The notes below the pieces were generated by a model. The model ran no database searches. It had not been told where the DNA came from and was given only the letters and a program-made list of their open reading frames with translations. Below, piece after piece: positions 28,223 through 37,412 of a stretch of 64,000 nucleotides of DNA. Origin of the DNA: an uncultured virus (IMG/VR IMGVR_UViG_3300034418_005550) (taxonomy: Duplodnaviria; Heunggongvirae; Uroviricota; Caudoviricetes); IMG/VR virus record IMGVR_UViG_3300034418_005550. One strand, given 5' to 3'. A program made the position numbers and the translations under genes. Position 1 is the first letter of the stretch. Every line of letters starts with the position of its first letter.

Positions 28223-29410
28223 TTATAACAATTCTAAGTTTGCCCAACCTTTTTCATTTATTGTAAAAGTGAGAACTGCAGGGTGGCTCCAAAGTCCAGA
28301 TCTCTCTGTAAAGTCAAGTGATTTGTCTAAGCTAGGTGCTTGAAACCAAGCTCTATTGCCTTGATACTTACTTCTGAAATGATGATAATGACCTGTAATA
28401 AGAATCTCACATTCACCTGCAGGAAGATGTCCATACATTTGACCTTTCCACCAATTTTCTATTTTTGCCTCAGCGTTAGATCCACCGCCACTTGACATAT
28501 GGCCGTGTGTCCAACCTACTGTTCTATTTTTAATTGTCATAACTTGATGAAAGCCTTTTGGTATTTCAACTTTTACATTTTTATAACGATCTGGATTGGC
28601 GTTCATAATTTCTTCACATATTTGCAAGTGCATTGTGTCTGAATTATCTAATCTATTAGTAAGAACTTGTCCTTTACCACTTCTTGTCATCTCTCCATGA
28701 TTACCTGGTGCTCCCGCCAAAACAATTTTGTCTGCTAAAGGCAAAAAAGTATCTACTGTTTTCATAATCATTGACCTAGCTAATGCGTATTGCTCAATCA
28801 ATGTGAGAGAAACATTAAAAGGTTGGCTGTCGAAAAAATTTTGCGAACAGTTTTCTGTCAAGTCGCCTAATCCAACTATATAAATTTCATCAATTTGATT
28901 TCCCAACTTCCTTAAATCTTTTATTCTATTTACTGCGTCTTGTAGTGCTATATCATATCTATTAATTGTATTTGTAACACCGAAATCAACTTTGCCTAAT
29001 TGCCAATCAGCCATAAAAAACATAAAAGCTGTATCACCGCCATAAGTTTTTTCTTTTATTGGTAATTTTTTTTCTACTCTTTTTAAAAGTTCAGTGACAT
29101 ATTTATCCCTTAATGGATTTTTTCTGCGGACTATTCCTTTGAATGCATAAAATGTTTCAATTCTGCCGCCTTTGAGTTGAACATTCCAACTGGAAGTTTT
29201 AACTGCCCCCTCAATCGTGTAAAGTTTTGGATCATATCCCCAACTTTTTAATATCTCATCAAATTTATTTGCATAATTTGGGTCAGTTCCAACATGTGTA
29301 ATTTCCCCAGATCCTAATTCTTCATCAATTTCTATTTCTGGTTTCCAACCATGTTTATAAAAATTGTTGCCCCATTCTTGTTTAGGTGCGTGTTTATTTT
29401 TTTTGGTCAT
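28223..29410 (-). CDS. Calcineurin-like metallophosphoesterase (Mre11/SbcD-like)
   Basis: ADWQ, GLGD, PGNH, THGH, TGHYHH motifs. Confidence 0.85.
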   Translation of the reverse strand: MTKKNKHAPKQEWGNNFYKHGWKPEIEIDEELGSGEITHVGTDPNYANKFDEILKSWGYDPKLYTIEGAVKTSSWNVQLKGGRIETFYAFKGIVRRKNPLRDKYVTELLKRVEKKLPIKEKTYGGDTAFMFFMADWQLGKVDFGVTNTINRYDIALQDAVNRIKDLRKLGNQIDEIYIVGLGDLTENCSQNFFDSQPFNVSLTLIEQYALARSMIMKTVDTFLPLADKIVLAGAPGNHGEMTRSGKGQVLTNRLDNSDTMHLQICEEIMNANPDRYKNVKVEIPKGFHQVMTIKNRTVGWTHGHMSSGGGSNAEAKIENWWKGQMYGHLPAGECEILITGHYHHFRSKYQGNRAWFQAPSLDKSLDFTERSGLWSHPAVLTFTINEKGWANLELL

Positions 29411-29462
29411 TTATTGGCCAATCTTTCATTAGTCATAATATTAGTGCATATTTGATAAAAAA

Positions 29463-29485
29463 AGGCCATTTTGAGCCGATTTAAG
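29463..29485 (-). repeat. 23-bp inverted repeat, copy 2
   Basis: Reverse complement of 21844-21866. Confidence 0.85.
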
Positions 29486-29672
29486 CGATTTTATTTTGTC
29501 CGCCTAACTACTAGGCGTGGCTGTAAAATATCGTTAAAAACGCTCTATGACGCTCTCAGCTAGTTTTAATTAGTAATTTAGTCATAGAAGTAAGCTATTA
29601 TGAAATCAGTATAAGTTAATTATGAAAGGTGACTTTCAATCTTTAACTTTGTGCTACTTCATCACAGATAAT

Positions 29673-29706
29673 GAAAAAGGCAGACAATGGACACTCTGCC
29701 TTTTTC
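29673..29706. terminator. Intrinsic terminator ending phage B late operon
   Basis: GAAAAAGGCAGA...TCTGCCTTTTTC perfect 12-bp inverted repeat. Confidence 0.8.
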
Positions 29707-29727
29707 TACATTAAAATTGTTATTAAA

Positions 29728-30081
29728 TTAACCAAATATACCAATAAATGTTCTATCTGCAAGTTCTGAAGAATTAGTCCTAACTCTTAAATATCCATCA
29801 GATAAAAAATCAAAATCATTCAAAAAAACTAAACCGTCAGCAGTATGTTGTATGTCTTGAGTTATTCCTGTAATATTTGTAAAGTTATACCAAAATGAAT
29901 TGTCAATACTGAACTGTAATTGAAACTTATTACTTGTTAAAACACTAGGCATAATTAAAGCTCTTAATTTACTACCTTGCATATCAAAGCTATTACTATT
30001 TTGGTCGTCTGTTGCAATTGTAATTGTCATATTCTCTGTATAGTTTTTAAGCCGACTATATGGCTCTGTTGGTTGTACCAT
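29728..30081 (-). CDS. Hypothetical protein, possibly virion beta-sandwich
   Basis: 117 aa ORF with AAGGA RBS. Confidence 0.6.
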   Translation of the reverse strand: MVQPTEPYSRLKNYTENMTITIATDDQNSNSFDMQGSKLRALIMPSVLTSNKFQLQFSIDNSFWYNFTNITGITQDIQHTADGLVFLNDFDFLSDGYLRVRTNSSELADRTFIGIFG

Positions 30082-30109
30082 TTTTATTATCCTTTATTTT
30101 TATATTATT

Positions 30110-30295
30110 TTACATTAAAACATTGACCAAAGTCGCAATAGAAATTCCTGCAATTATCCAACCATAGATTTCAGCTCTTGTTGGTCTTGTATTTATATCT
30201 TTTTGTAATTCATCTAATTTGTTAAAAATCTTTTCTATATCTAGCATAATTCTTTCTGTCATTTCCTTTTGTGTATATCCGTTATTTTCACTCAT
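30110..30295 (-). CDS. Small membrane-anchored lysis-region protein
   Basis: Coiled coil plus C-terminal TM helix. Confidence 0.6.
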   Translation of the reverse strand: MSENNGYTQKEMTERIMLDIEKIFNKLDELQKDINTRPTRAEIYGWIIAGISIATLVNVLM

Positions 30296-30525
30296 TATTT
30301 TCACAATTTTCACTACCATGTTCACAATTACAAATTTGAACAAATGAACCGTCAGGATTTTTAGTTACTAAACACATTATGGTAAATCATCCTCTTGAAT
30401 AGGCGTAATCCAATCCCATTCTTTATCCCAATCTTTTTGAATAGATGAACTTGTTATTCTTTTAATAAAATTACTAATTTCTTTTAAAAAAAATCCTAGT
30501 AAAAATCCAATTATATAATCCATAT

Positions 30526-30720
30526 TTAACCACTTATTTTAAATAATAACTCACTAAATAAACTTTCTTGCATATCTAAATCTTTTTCTAATATGCGTAG
30601 TTGCGTCATCATTGAACTATGAGCTATTTGCAATTCCTCTATTGTATTAAATAACCAACCAATAACGCCTATTAAAGCAGTTATTAATATTGGCATAAGC
30701 ATTTTAAAATCTATTTTCAT
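30526..30720 (-). CDS. Small membrane protein, lysis region
   Basis: N-terminal TM plus coiled coil. Confidence 0.55.
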   Translation of the reverse strand: MKIDFKMLMPILITALIGVIGWLFNTIEELQIAHSSMMTQLRILEKDLDMQESLFSELLFKISG

Positions 30721-30938
30721 GAATTATCAAAAGTTTGTTTTGGCTTATATTGTTCTAATGCATGTTGTATTACTGTAATAAAACTAGATAAAAAAGCTAC
30801 GCCTAACAATTGAACCATATCTGCGTCTATAATTCCTGAACTATTTGCTAAATATAATGATATTGCAGATTGTAGTCCTGTTCTAAAAGCTTTTGAAAAC
30901 ATAAATTTCCAATATGCTTTCCAATTACTTTTTTTCAT
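30717..30938 (-). CDS. Putative holin
   Basis: 73 aa, two TM segments, KAFRT..Q.A motif reminiscent of r1t-type holins. Confidence 0.6.
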   Translation of the reverse strand: MKKSNWKAYWKFMFSKAFRTGLQSAISLYLANSSGIIDADMVQLLGVAFLSSFITVIQHALEQYKPKQTFDNS

Positions 30939-31071
30939 TTATTCCTCCTCAGGTTTAAATATTTGTGTCTGCTTTTTATTATACAAAGGACATTTTTTGT
31001 TCGCACATAATAGATAGCCATTTTTAATAATATATTTAATTTTGCATTTATGACAGAGCATTAAAACTCCT

Positions 31072-31671
31072 TTAGATTATATTTTTGCCTTTAACTAAAG
31101 CTAATAAAATGCCTAATTGTCCTGATATATGAGATAATTTTTCATCTTGATTATCAATTAATTTTTGCATTTCTGAAATATTTATAACATGGTCTTTTGC
31201 TTTATTATCTGGTCCTAAATTGATTTTAGATATATTAATAGTTACCTTACTACCTTGTAATAAAACTGCTGATACTTTTCTATACATTTGTTCATATGCT
31301 TTTCTAGATTTACCTACCATGCCGTCTTTACTTAAATCTAAATCTTGTTGTGTATTTCCAACTAATATACAACCTGAAGTATGTTCATCTGTATTACCAG
31401 AGTGTATTAATATATATTCAAATTCAGGTACATCTTGTAGCCATAACATACCATAATGAGCATTTTTATATCTTTCAGAATATCTTTGATGAAAACCACC
31501 TACTTTTCTAAATTTAATTTCATAAGAGCCCTCTGGAATGCAAGTTTCATGCATAACTTTAACTGCTTGGTATTGGTCTTCTAATGTATAACACTCAAAT
31601 TTTCCGTCAATAAATAACAAGCCATTTGTTGCGTCATTGCCAAATTGTGTCCTAATAAGGTCTATTTGCAT
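31072..31671 (-). CDS. Putative endolysin (DUF5675, L,D-transpeptidase-like)
   Basis: CYTLED, CIPEGSY, ILIHSGNT..HTSGCILVG. Confidence 0.75.
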   Translation of the reverse strand: MQIDLIRTQFGNDATNGLLFIDGKFECYTLEDQYQAVKVMHETCIPEGSYEIKFRKVGGFHQRYSERYKNAHYGMLWLQDVPEFEYILIHSGNTDEHTSGCILVGNTQQDLDLSKDGMVGKSRKAYEQMYRKVSAVLLQGSKVTINISKINLGPDNKAKDHVINISEMQKLIDNQDEKLSHISGQLGILLALVKGKNII

Positions 31672-31973
31672 TATTCAGGTTTTGGATTATCAGCTTTAAC
31701 TTGTGCTATGTGGTCTGCCCAAGTGGTTGTTCCATTAACAGAATCCCAATATTGCATATCAAGTTGGTCTGCTATTGAACCATAAGCCTCTTGCCTAGCT
31801 TGAATATAACCAAACTGTTGGTCGTTCCACATAGAATTAGCTTTATCAATAATTGCTTGGTCATAATCAGCTTGTGAAAATTCCAATCTCTCATTATTAA
31901 CTTGCTTGTACATTGGTTTAGCGTCCTCAACTTCTTGAGTTGCTATAACTGTTAGTTCTTCTAATGTTGCCAT
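31671..31973 (-). CDS. Conserved tail-associated small protein
   Basis: Y..AR..AY.SIADQLDMQYWD..NGTTTW..HI..VK...PK. Confidence 0.65.
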   Translation of the reverse strand: MATLEELTVIATQEVEDAKPMYKQVNNERLEFSQADYDQAIIDKANSMWNDQQFGYIQARQEAYGSIADQLDMQYWDSVNGTTTWADHIAQVKADNPKPE

Positions 31974-32005
31974 ATCTCTCCTATCTTACTATATATTTCT
32001 TATAC

Positions 32006-32521
32006 TTACTTCTTTAAACCATATAATGTGAAAGTTCCTTCAGTTATATTTCCACTAGAATAAAATAAATGTACTCCATCTGTGGCTTGTGCAACTGTCA
32101 AAACTTCTCCACCCTGCCTACCCTGTAATGCAGGTGAGTGTTCTAAAAAACTTGTTTCAGTTGTGATAAATGAGTATTCACTAGCATTGTTAAAATTAAA
32201 TAAATAGTGAACTCCATTGAATTGTTCCCCTGTTCCTGTTCCTGTATTTCCAATATTAAACTGATTTAAATTTGTATAAGAACTATTGTTAAAAGTTGTA
32301 TTTGCTCTTAATACTTTTGCTGCACCATCATAATTTGCTGAAGTATCAGGTGTTCCTGAAACTGTTAATCTTATTCTTAAACCTACTGCATCAGTATCAG
32401 CAACAACATTATTATATTTCAACATATACACATCATAAGTGCTATCAATACCTGTTAAAGTAACACTTGCTACTGATGATGTAACTATTTCTTCATCTAT
32501 TTTTATTAAGCTACCTGCCAT
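32006..32521 (-). CDS. Tail cassette paralog
   Basis: Paralog of 164-676 and 33692-34201 (VASVTLTGIDS, YLFNFNNASEYSF). Confidence 0.6.
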   Translation of the reverse strand: MAGSLIKIDEEIVTSSVASVTLTGIDSTYDVYMLKYNNVVADTDAVGLRIRLTVSGTPDTSANYDGAAKVLRANTTFNNSSYTNLNQFNIGNTGTGTGEQFNGVHYLFNFNNASEYSFITTETSFLEHSPALQGRQGGEVLTVAQATDGVHLFYSSGNITEGTFTLYGLKK

Positions 32522-33039
32522 TATTTAACTCCATATACTTTAACTGTTAAATCAAAACTGTCAGCACTAGCAAAAAAATGAATACCTGTTATTTGTTCTG
32601 CTGATTTATGAACTCCAATGCTTTTATAACCAAGTAATCTATTGGATGTTCCTGTTCCTGCTGATTGCCAATTTGCAAAAGTATAACTTGAACTGTCATT
32701 AGGATTATAAATATTCATACTTACACCACCTTCTGTATCTGCTGCTTCATATCTAATTGTGTATAAAAAATCAGTAGCATTTGTAGTTTTAAATTGTTCA
32801 AATACATCATAACTTCTCATACTGAGAGTTGCATAATCATATTCAGTTGCAGATATAACACTACCTACATTATCAATAAATCTAGTTTGCACCACTCTAC
32901 CACCACTTGCTTGAAGTCCATTTAACTTTGAAATTAATACTTGATACACATCATAATCAGCACTAAAACAATCTGTTACTGATAAAGAAGTAACAGAAGT
33001 TCCTGTTTCAGATTTTATAAATTCTAAATTAGTAGCCAT
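32521..33039 (-). CDS. Tail cassette paralog
   Basis: Paralog of 676-1197 type (FSADYDVY, YNP..SSSYTF). Confidence 0.6.
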   Translation of the reverse strand: MATNLEFIKSETGTSVTSLSVTDCFSADYDVYQVLISKLNGLQASGGRVVQTRFIDNVGSVISATEYDYATLSMRSYDVFEQFKTTNATDFLYTIRYEAADTEGGVSMNIYNPNDSSSYTFANWQSAGTGTSNRLLGYKSIGVHKSAEQITGIHFFASADSFDLTVKVYGVK

Positions 33040-33689
33040 TATGAATACCTTATTCCATATAGACTTGCTTGTAAATTTGCTATATTATTTCCTGTTGGTA
33101 TAAATAATTTTATTTGATTAATTGTACTTGCCTGTGGTAAAACACCACTACCAAATTCCATAGTAAAATCACTAGATGAATAATAAATTCCTGTTGTGTG
33201 TATAGTTGTAAAACTATATTTACTGCTATCCCCTAAATTATAACAATATATGTAACCACTATCAGAATTTCCTGTTGTTGTTCCAACATTAATTCCTAAT
33301 CTTATATGATTATCAGCAGTTGTTCTTACTTCTGCTACTGCACCACTTGCTTTATTACTTTGATTTGCATATTGATAAACAGAAGCAGTTTCTTCAACAC
33401 CATTTTCAAAAAATCTAAGTCCCAATCTATCAGCACTTGTTACAGGTTGAAAATTATTATATGTTAAAAAATGCACATTATAAGTGCTTTCTTGTATGTC
33501 ACTAAAAATCATACTTGGAGTAGATGAAGTAATACTTTGAGTTTCAATTAATTCTAATTGTCCAAAAGAAGTCCATTTATTATCTGCTATAAGGTTGTTA
33601 ATATCATTAGGGTCAAACACACCTGTATTATTACCAAAACTTTGTGTTGGTTCTGCACCTTTATATCCATATTTCAAATCATCTGCCAT
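33039..33689 (-). CDS. Tail cassette paralog
   Basis: Paralog of 1194-1808 type (LELIETQ, YNLGDSSKYSF). Confidence 0.6.
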   Translation of the reverse strand: MADDLKYGYKGAEPTQSFGNNTGVFDPNDINNLIADNKWTSFGQLELIETQSITSSTPSMIFSDIQESTYNVHFLTYNNFQPVTSADRLGLRFFENGVEETASVYQYANQSNKASGAVAEVRTTADNHIRLGINVGTTTGNSDSGYIYCYNLGDSSKYSFTTIHTTGIYYSSSDFTMEFGSGVLPQASTINQIKLFIPTGNNIANLQASLYGIRYS

Positions 33690-33691
33690 TG

Positions 33692-34201
33692 TTATACCAC
33701 CTTATATAAAGTAAATGTTCCACTATTTATGTTGCCACTAGAATAGAAAAACTGTATTCCATCACAAGCCTGTGCAACTGTATGCACCATACCACCTTGA
33801 TATGCTTTTAAATTTGGTGCATTGTTTAAGCCTGTACTTTCAAAAGTCATAAATGAATATTCACTTGCATTGTTAAAGTTAAACAAATAAATAATCCAAT
33901 TCATTTGTTCACTTGTGCCTGTACCACCATTGCCTAAAGTTGGTTGTGCTGAATTTTGTATTCCTGTTTTCTCAAAAGTAGCACTTGCATCTAAACCAAA
34001 TCTTGCAAAATCATAATTAGAAGTAGTATCAGGTGTGCCACTTGTGGTAAATCTAATATTATAGTTACAAACATCTACACTTGATGTTGAATTATTTACT
34101 GCCACCATATAAACATCATCACTATCTATGCCTGTAAGGGTTACACTTGGTGTTGCTACTGTAACTGTTGCAGTATTTACTTGAATTAATTGTCCTGCCA
34201 T
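33692..34201 (-). CDS. Tail cassette paralog
   Basis: Ortholog of 164-676. Confidence 0.6.
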   Translation of the reverse strand: MAGQLIQVNTATVTVATPSVTLTGIDSDDVYMVAVNNSTSSVDVCNYNIRFTTSGTPDTTSNYDFARFGLDASATFEKTGIQNSAQPTLGNGGTGTSEQMNWIIYLFNFNNASEYSFMTFESTGLNNAPNLKAYQGGMVHTVAQACDGIQFFYSSGNINSGTFTLYKVV

Positions 34202-34725
34202 TAGCTATCTACTCTCAATCCATAAGTTTTTATTTCCCAATCAGGTGTTCCATTGTTATTAAGCCAAAAATTTAAACCTGTCATACTGTTAGTTGATTTT
34301 TCTACACCAATATATTTTCTTGCTCTGTAGTAATTAGCAGAACTAAAATGTTGTGATGATTGCCCAAGCATAAATGTATAACTACTAGATGAAAAAGGAT
34401 TAAATAAATACATAACAAAATTACCACCATCATCAGTTTGTAAATCTGCTTGTGTTAGATTAGGAAAATATGATGTATTAGTAAATCTAACTTCATTAAA
34501 AGTTGTATAAGAGTTCATATCTAAACCTGCCCAATCATAAGTAGAAGTAGAAACAACACTACCACTAGCATTTATAAGTCTTGCATTAATGTTGTCATTT
34601 TGTGTTCCTTCATCAACTAAAACTGTAAATTTATAAATATCAAAATCTGCTGAAAATATATTTGTTATATTTACTTGTGATGAATTAGTAGCAGAAGTTT
34701 CATTAATTAATCTTAGGTTACTCAT
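34201..34725 (-). CDS. Tail cassette paralog
   Basis: Ortholog of 676-1197. Confidence 0.6.
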   Translation of the reverse strand: MSNLRLINETSATNSSQVNITNIFSADFDIYKFTVLVDEGTQNDNINARLINASGSVVSTSTYDWAGLDMNSYTTFNEVRFTNTSYFPNLTQADLQTDDGGNFVMYLFNPFSSSSYTFMLGQSSQHFSSANYYRARKYIGVEKSTNSMTGLNFWLNNNGTPDWEIKTYGLRVDS

Positions 34726-35330
34726 ATCTGTTTTACTCCATAGAGTTTTACTGTTCCACTATCTAAGGAATATACATCATAAACTCTTATTGCATTTACT
34801 GTATTTGCAGTTGGATAGACACCACCACCAAATTGCATAGCAGTATTGTCAGCAATACTTTGAAATGTGTTAAAAGAATATTTTGATGAATTGTTTAAAT
34901 TATATAAATATACATAACCACTTGTTTTTACAGTTGAATAGGAATATCCTATTCTAATTCCACTTTCACTTGTACTTCTTAACTCACTAAAAGTACCATT
35001 TGCAAAACCCTGTTGATAAGCATTTTGATAGCCACTTGATACATAAGAACTTCCACCATCAGTTGAATATCTAATACTAAATAAAGAAACACCTGCAACA
35101 GTATGAGAAAGTCCATCAAAAGTTAAATAATGTACATCATAATTTTCACCTTTTATAGAAGTAAAATCTATATAAGATACACCACTTGAATAAGTTTGTT
35201 CCTCAATAAGTTCTAAACTACCACCAAGTTTTCCTTGTGATTGAAGTTCAGCTACATCAGTAATAGAAAAGACACCACTATTAGATACAGTTTGATTAGG
35301 TTGATTTTGTCCTAGATAACCATAAGGCAT
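34722..35330 (-). CDS. Tail cassette paralog
   Basis: Ortholog of 1194-1808. Confidence 0.6.
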   Translation of the reverse strand: MPYGYLGQNQPNQTVSNSGVFSITDVAELQSQGKLGGSLELIEEQTYSSGVSYIDFTSIKGENYDVHYLTFDGLSHTVAGVSLFSIRYSTDGGSSYVSSGYQNAYQQGFANGTFSELRSTSESGIRIGYSYSTVKTSGYVYLYNLNNSSKYSFNTFQSIADNTAMQFGGGVYPTANTVNAIRVYDVYSLDSGTVKLYGVKQI

Positions 35331-35340
35331 AATTACTCCT

Positions 35341-35670
35341 TTAGGTTATTTCTAAAATACTTGCAAACGCCTCTAAATCGCCTGACGCATTACCACCAGT
35401 CAAATCAATTTTATCGCCATTTTCTAAAAATAATTTAGAAGTTCCTGCTAACTCAATTGTGCTATCTGCTGGAACTGAAATTGTGTATGCAATTCTTGCA
35501 TTACCAGAAGTTCCGTCAATAACATCAGCAGTAATTGTATCGTCTGTAGCTCCGTCCACATTTGTAATTCTTAAGGTTACAACAATACCTGTTCCACCAC
35601 TTGAATTGGTGTATAAGGTTTGTGCAGATGAAGTTACATCTAAGTATGCGTTTTTATATGCTTCAGCCAT
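35341..35670 (-). CDS. Virion tail-associated protein
   Basis: Ortholog of 1819-2148. Confidence 0.6.
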   Translation of the reverse strand: MAEAYKNAYLDVTSSAQTLYTNSSGGTGIVVTLRITNVDGATDDTITADVIDGTSGNARIAYTISVPADSTIELAGTSKLFLENGDKIDLTGGNASGDLEAFASILEIT

Positions 35671-35680
35671 TTATTTTCCT

Positions 35681-36133
35681 TTATCCTAACGCCAATATTA
35701 GTCCAACTGTTGCTCCAGCAGGTGCTAAATTAGCAATATCTTGTGCAGTAGTTTTTTTAATGTTGTTACTATCATCAACATCAGCTACTAAAACCTCGTC
35801 GCCACCTGCAACTGTAGTGCTAGATTGTCCATTTACATCAACATTTAAAGTTACTGCTCCAGAACTTCCACCACCAGACATTCCATTACCTGCATTAACT
35901 GCAGTAATATCGCCCTCGCCAATAAAACTGCCCCAAGTAGAGCCGTTGTAATAGGTTAATGTGTCAGTATCTTTTAAAAATGCAAACATGCCTTCTGTAG
36001 GCGAAGTTACTGCACTATCTCTTGCAGAACTGTCGTCAAATACCATAACAACTTGTTCTTGTATGTAAGTATTAAAATCAGAGGCATTTACTAAATCTCC
36101 TGTAGTCCAAGTCTTAAAACCTGCTCCTGCCAT
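35681..36133 (-). CDS. Minor tail/fibre adaptor protein
   Basis: Ortholog of 2159-2608. Confidence 0.6.
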   Translation of the reverse strand: MAGAGFKTWTTGDLVNASDFNTYIQEQVVMVFDDSSARDSAVTSPTEGMFAFLKDTDTLTYYNGSTWGSFIGEGDITAVNAGNGMSGGGSSGAVTLNVDVNGQSSTTVAGGDEVLVADVDDSNNIKKTTAQDIANLAPAGATVGLILALG

Positions 36134-36143
36134 TTATATTCTC

Positions 36144-37412
36144 CTATTCATATGCAAATCTAGTTCCTATACCTAGTTTAGCTTGTCCAAGTACCCAACC
36201 GCTAGAACTTGCAGGACTTAATGTTAAGTTCCAGTTCCAAGATTGAGTACTAGCATTAACTGTATGTTGAATACTTTCTATCCATAATTCATCAGTATAG
36301 CTAGAAGTATCTGGATTAACTATTTTAACAGATATTCTATCTCCAAATTCTAATCCTAATGCTTTTTCCCAAATATTTACATCTTCTCTTGGATTAATTT
36401 TTAAACTATCTATTCTAACAATAGGTAATGCAGTTTCAGCGATTTTTTGTTCTATTAATGATAAAACATCTAAATCAGAAACATTTATAGTACTTTCAAC
36501 ACTTGCTATTGGTCTATATCTTTGCACCGAATTAGCGTCTGATACAAATTGTGTATTACCACCACTTCTAGTCCATTGATAAACATTTCTTACTTCATGA
36601 GTATCAAACGAAGTTATAACATCTGTATAAGGTAAATTAGTTCCGTCATTAGAAAAAGTAGCTTGAACTGTTGTAGCATTTGTATTAGCCAATCTATAAT
36701 TTCTATTTCTAAATACTGCTTTTCCGTCTTTACCAATAAAGAATTGAGCATTTTCTGCTTTTTCGCAATCTCTTATTGCAGTCAATATATCATTATCTGA
36801 ATTTGTTTGTGATTGTACTTCATTAGTTCCAATTTGTATATCTCTTAATGAACTTGGAAACTGTAATTGGTCTAATAATCTACTAACTCTAATACTTGAT
36901 AATTCTTGTTCATCTTCATAACCTAATACTGTTGATATTCCTATTTCTGAAAATCCACCTCTACCTAATCTCCAACCTGCTGAACTTAAAGTTTGTGAGT
37001 TAAATATCTTAAAGGCATCAACACAATTGAAAACTACTGTGCTATCTGCACCTAACGCAGGATAGCTTACAGGTATCATATCTAAAAAACCATAAAATAT
37101 TGGATAAGTAGTTGAATCATATTCAGCAGTTATTTTTATAACTTTATAAGGTTGTATTTTTGTTATAGAATTTCCAGTATCATAATAAGGACTAGAAGTA
37201 TTATTTGGATTAAATCTGTTATCTGCATTAGATAATAAAATACTTGCAGTTCCACCAACAAACTGTCCTAATTCATTCTGCCTACCTCGTTTAGTTGTAA
37301 ATTGTCTTACATAAGCAGATATATCAGTAAATGTAATAGAACTATCAAATGGATTACTATCAAATCCTACTTCAACTGTTATATTTACATTATTATCAAA
37401 TGCAACTGACAT
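36144..37412 (-). CDS. Minor tail protein (distal tail/hub-like)
   Basis: Ortholog of 2631-3899. Confidence 0.7.
   Translation of the reverse strand: MSVAFDNNVNITVEVGFDSNPFDSSITFTDISAYVRQFTTKRGRQNELGQFVGGTASILLSNADNRFNPNNTSSPYYDTGNSITKIQPYKVIKITAEYDSTTYPIFYGFLDMIPVSYPALGADSTVVFNCVDAFKIFNSQTLSSAGWRLGRGGFSEIGISTVLGYEDEQELSSIRVSRLLDQLQFPSSLRDIQIGTNEVQSQTNSDNDILTAIRDCEKAENAQFFIGKDGKAVFRNRNYRLANTNATTVQATFSNDGTNLPYTDVITSFDTHEVRNVYQWTRSGGNTQFVSDANSVQRYRPIASVESTINVSDLDVLSLIEQKIAETALPIVRIDSLKINPREDVNIWEKALGLEFGDRISVKIVNPDTSSYTDELWIESIQHTVNASTQSWNWNLTLSPASSSGWVLGQAKLGIGTRFAYE

Larger units (their letters stand above)
1..29490 (-). mobile_element. Phage A: HK97-type siphovirus genome, partial (left end missing)
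   Basis: Full head/tail/packaging module plus replication and modification genes; distinct motif signature (GATC and GGCC only in CCA/TGG context); no integrase seen. Confidence 0.9.

Noticed and set aside
29411..29727. attL/attR or dif site at the junction
   Set aside because: No integrase, tRNA fragment or convincing XerC/D consensus
1..35330. Diversity-generating retroelement or shufflon behind the tail cassette repeats
   Set aside because: No reverse transcriptase or invertase; differences are not adenine-specific and all genes share one orientation
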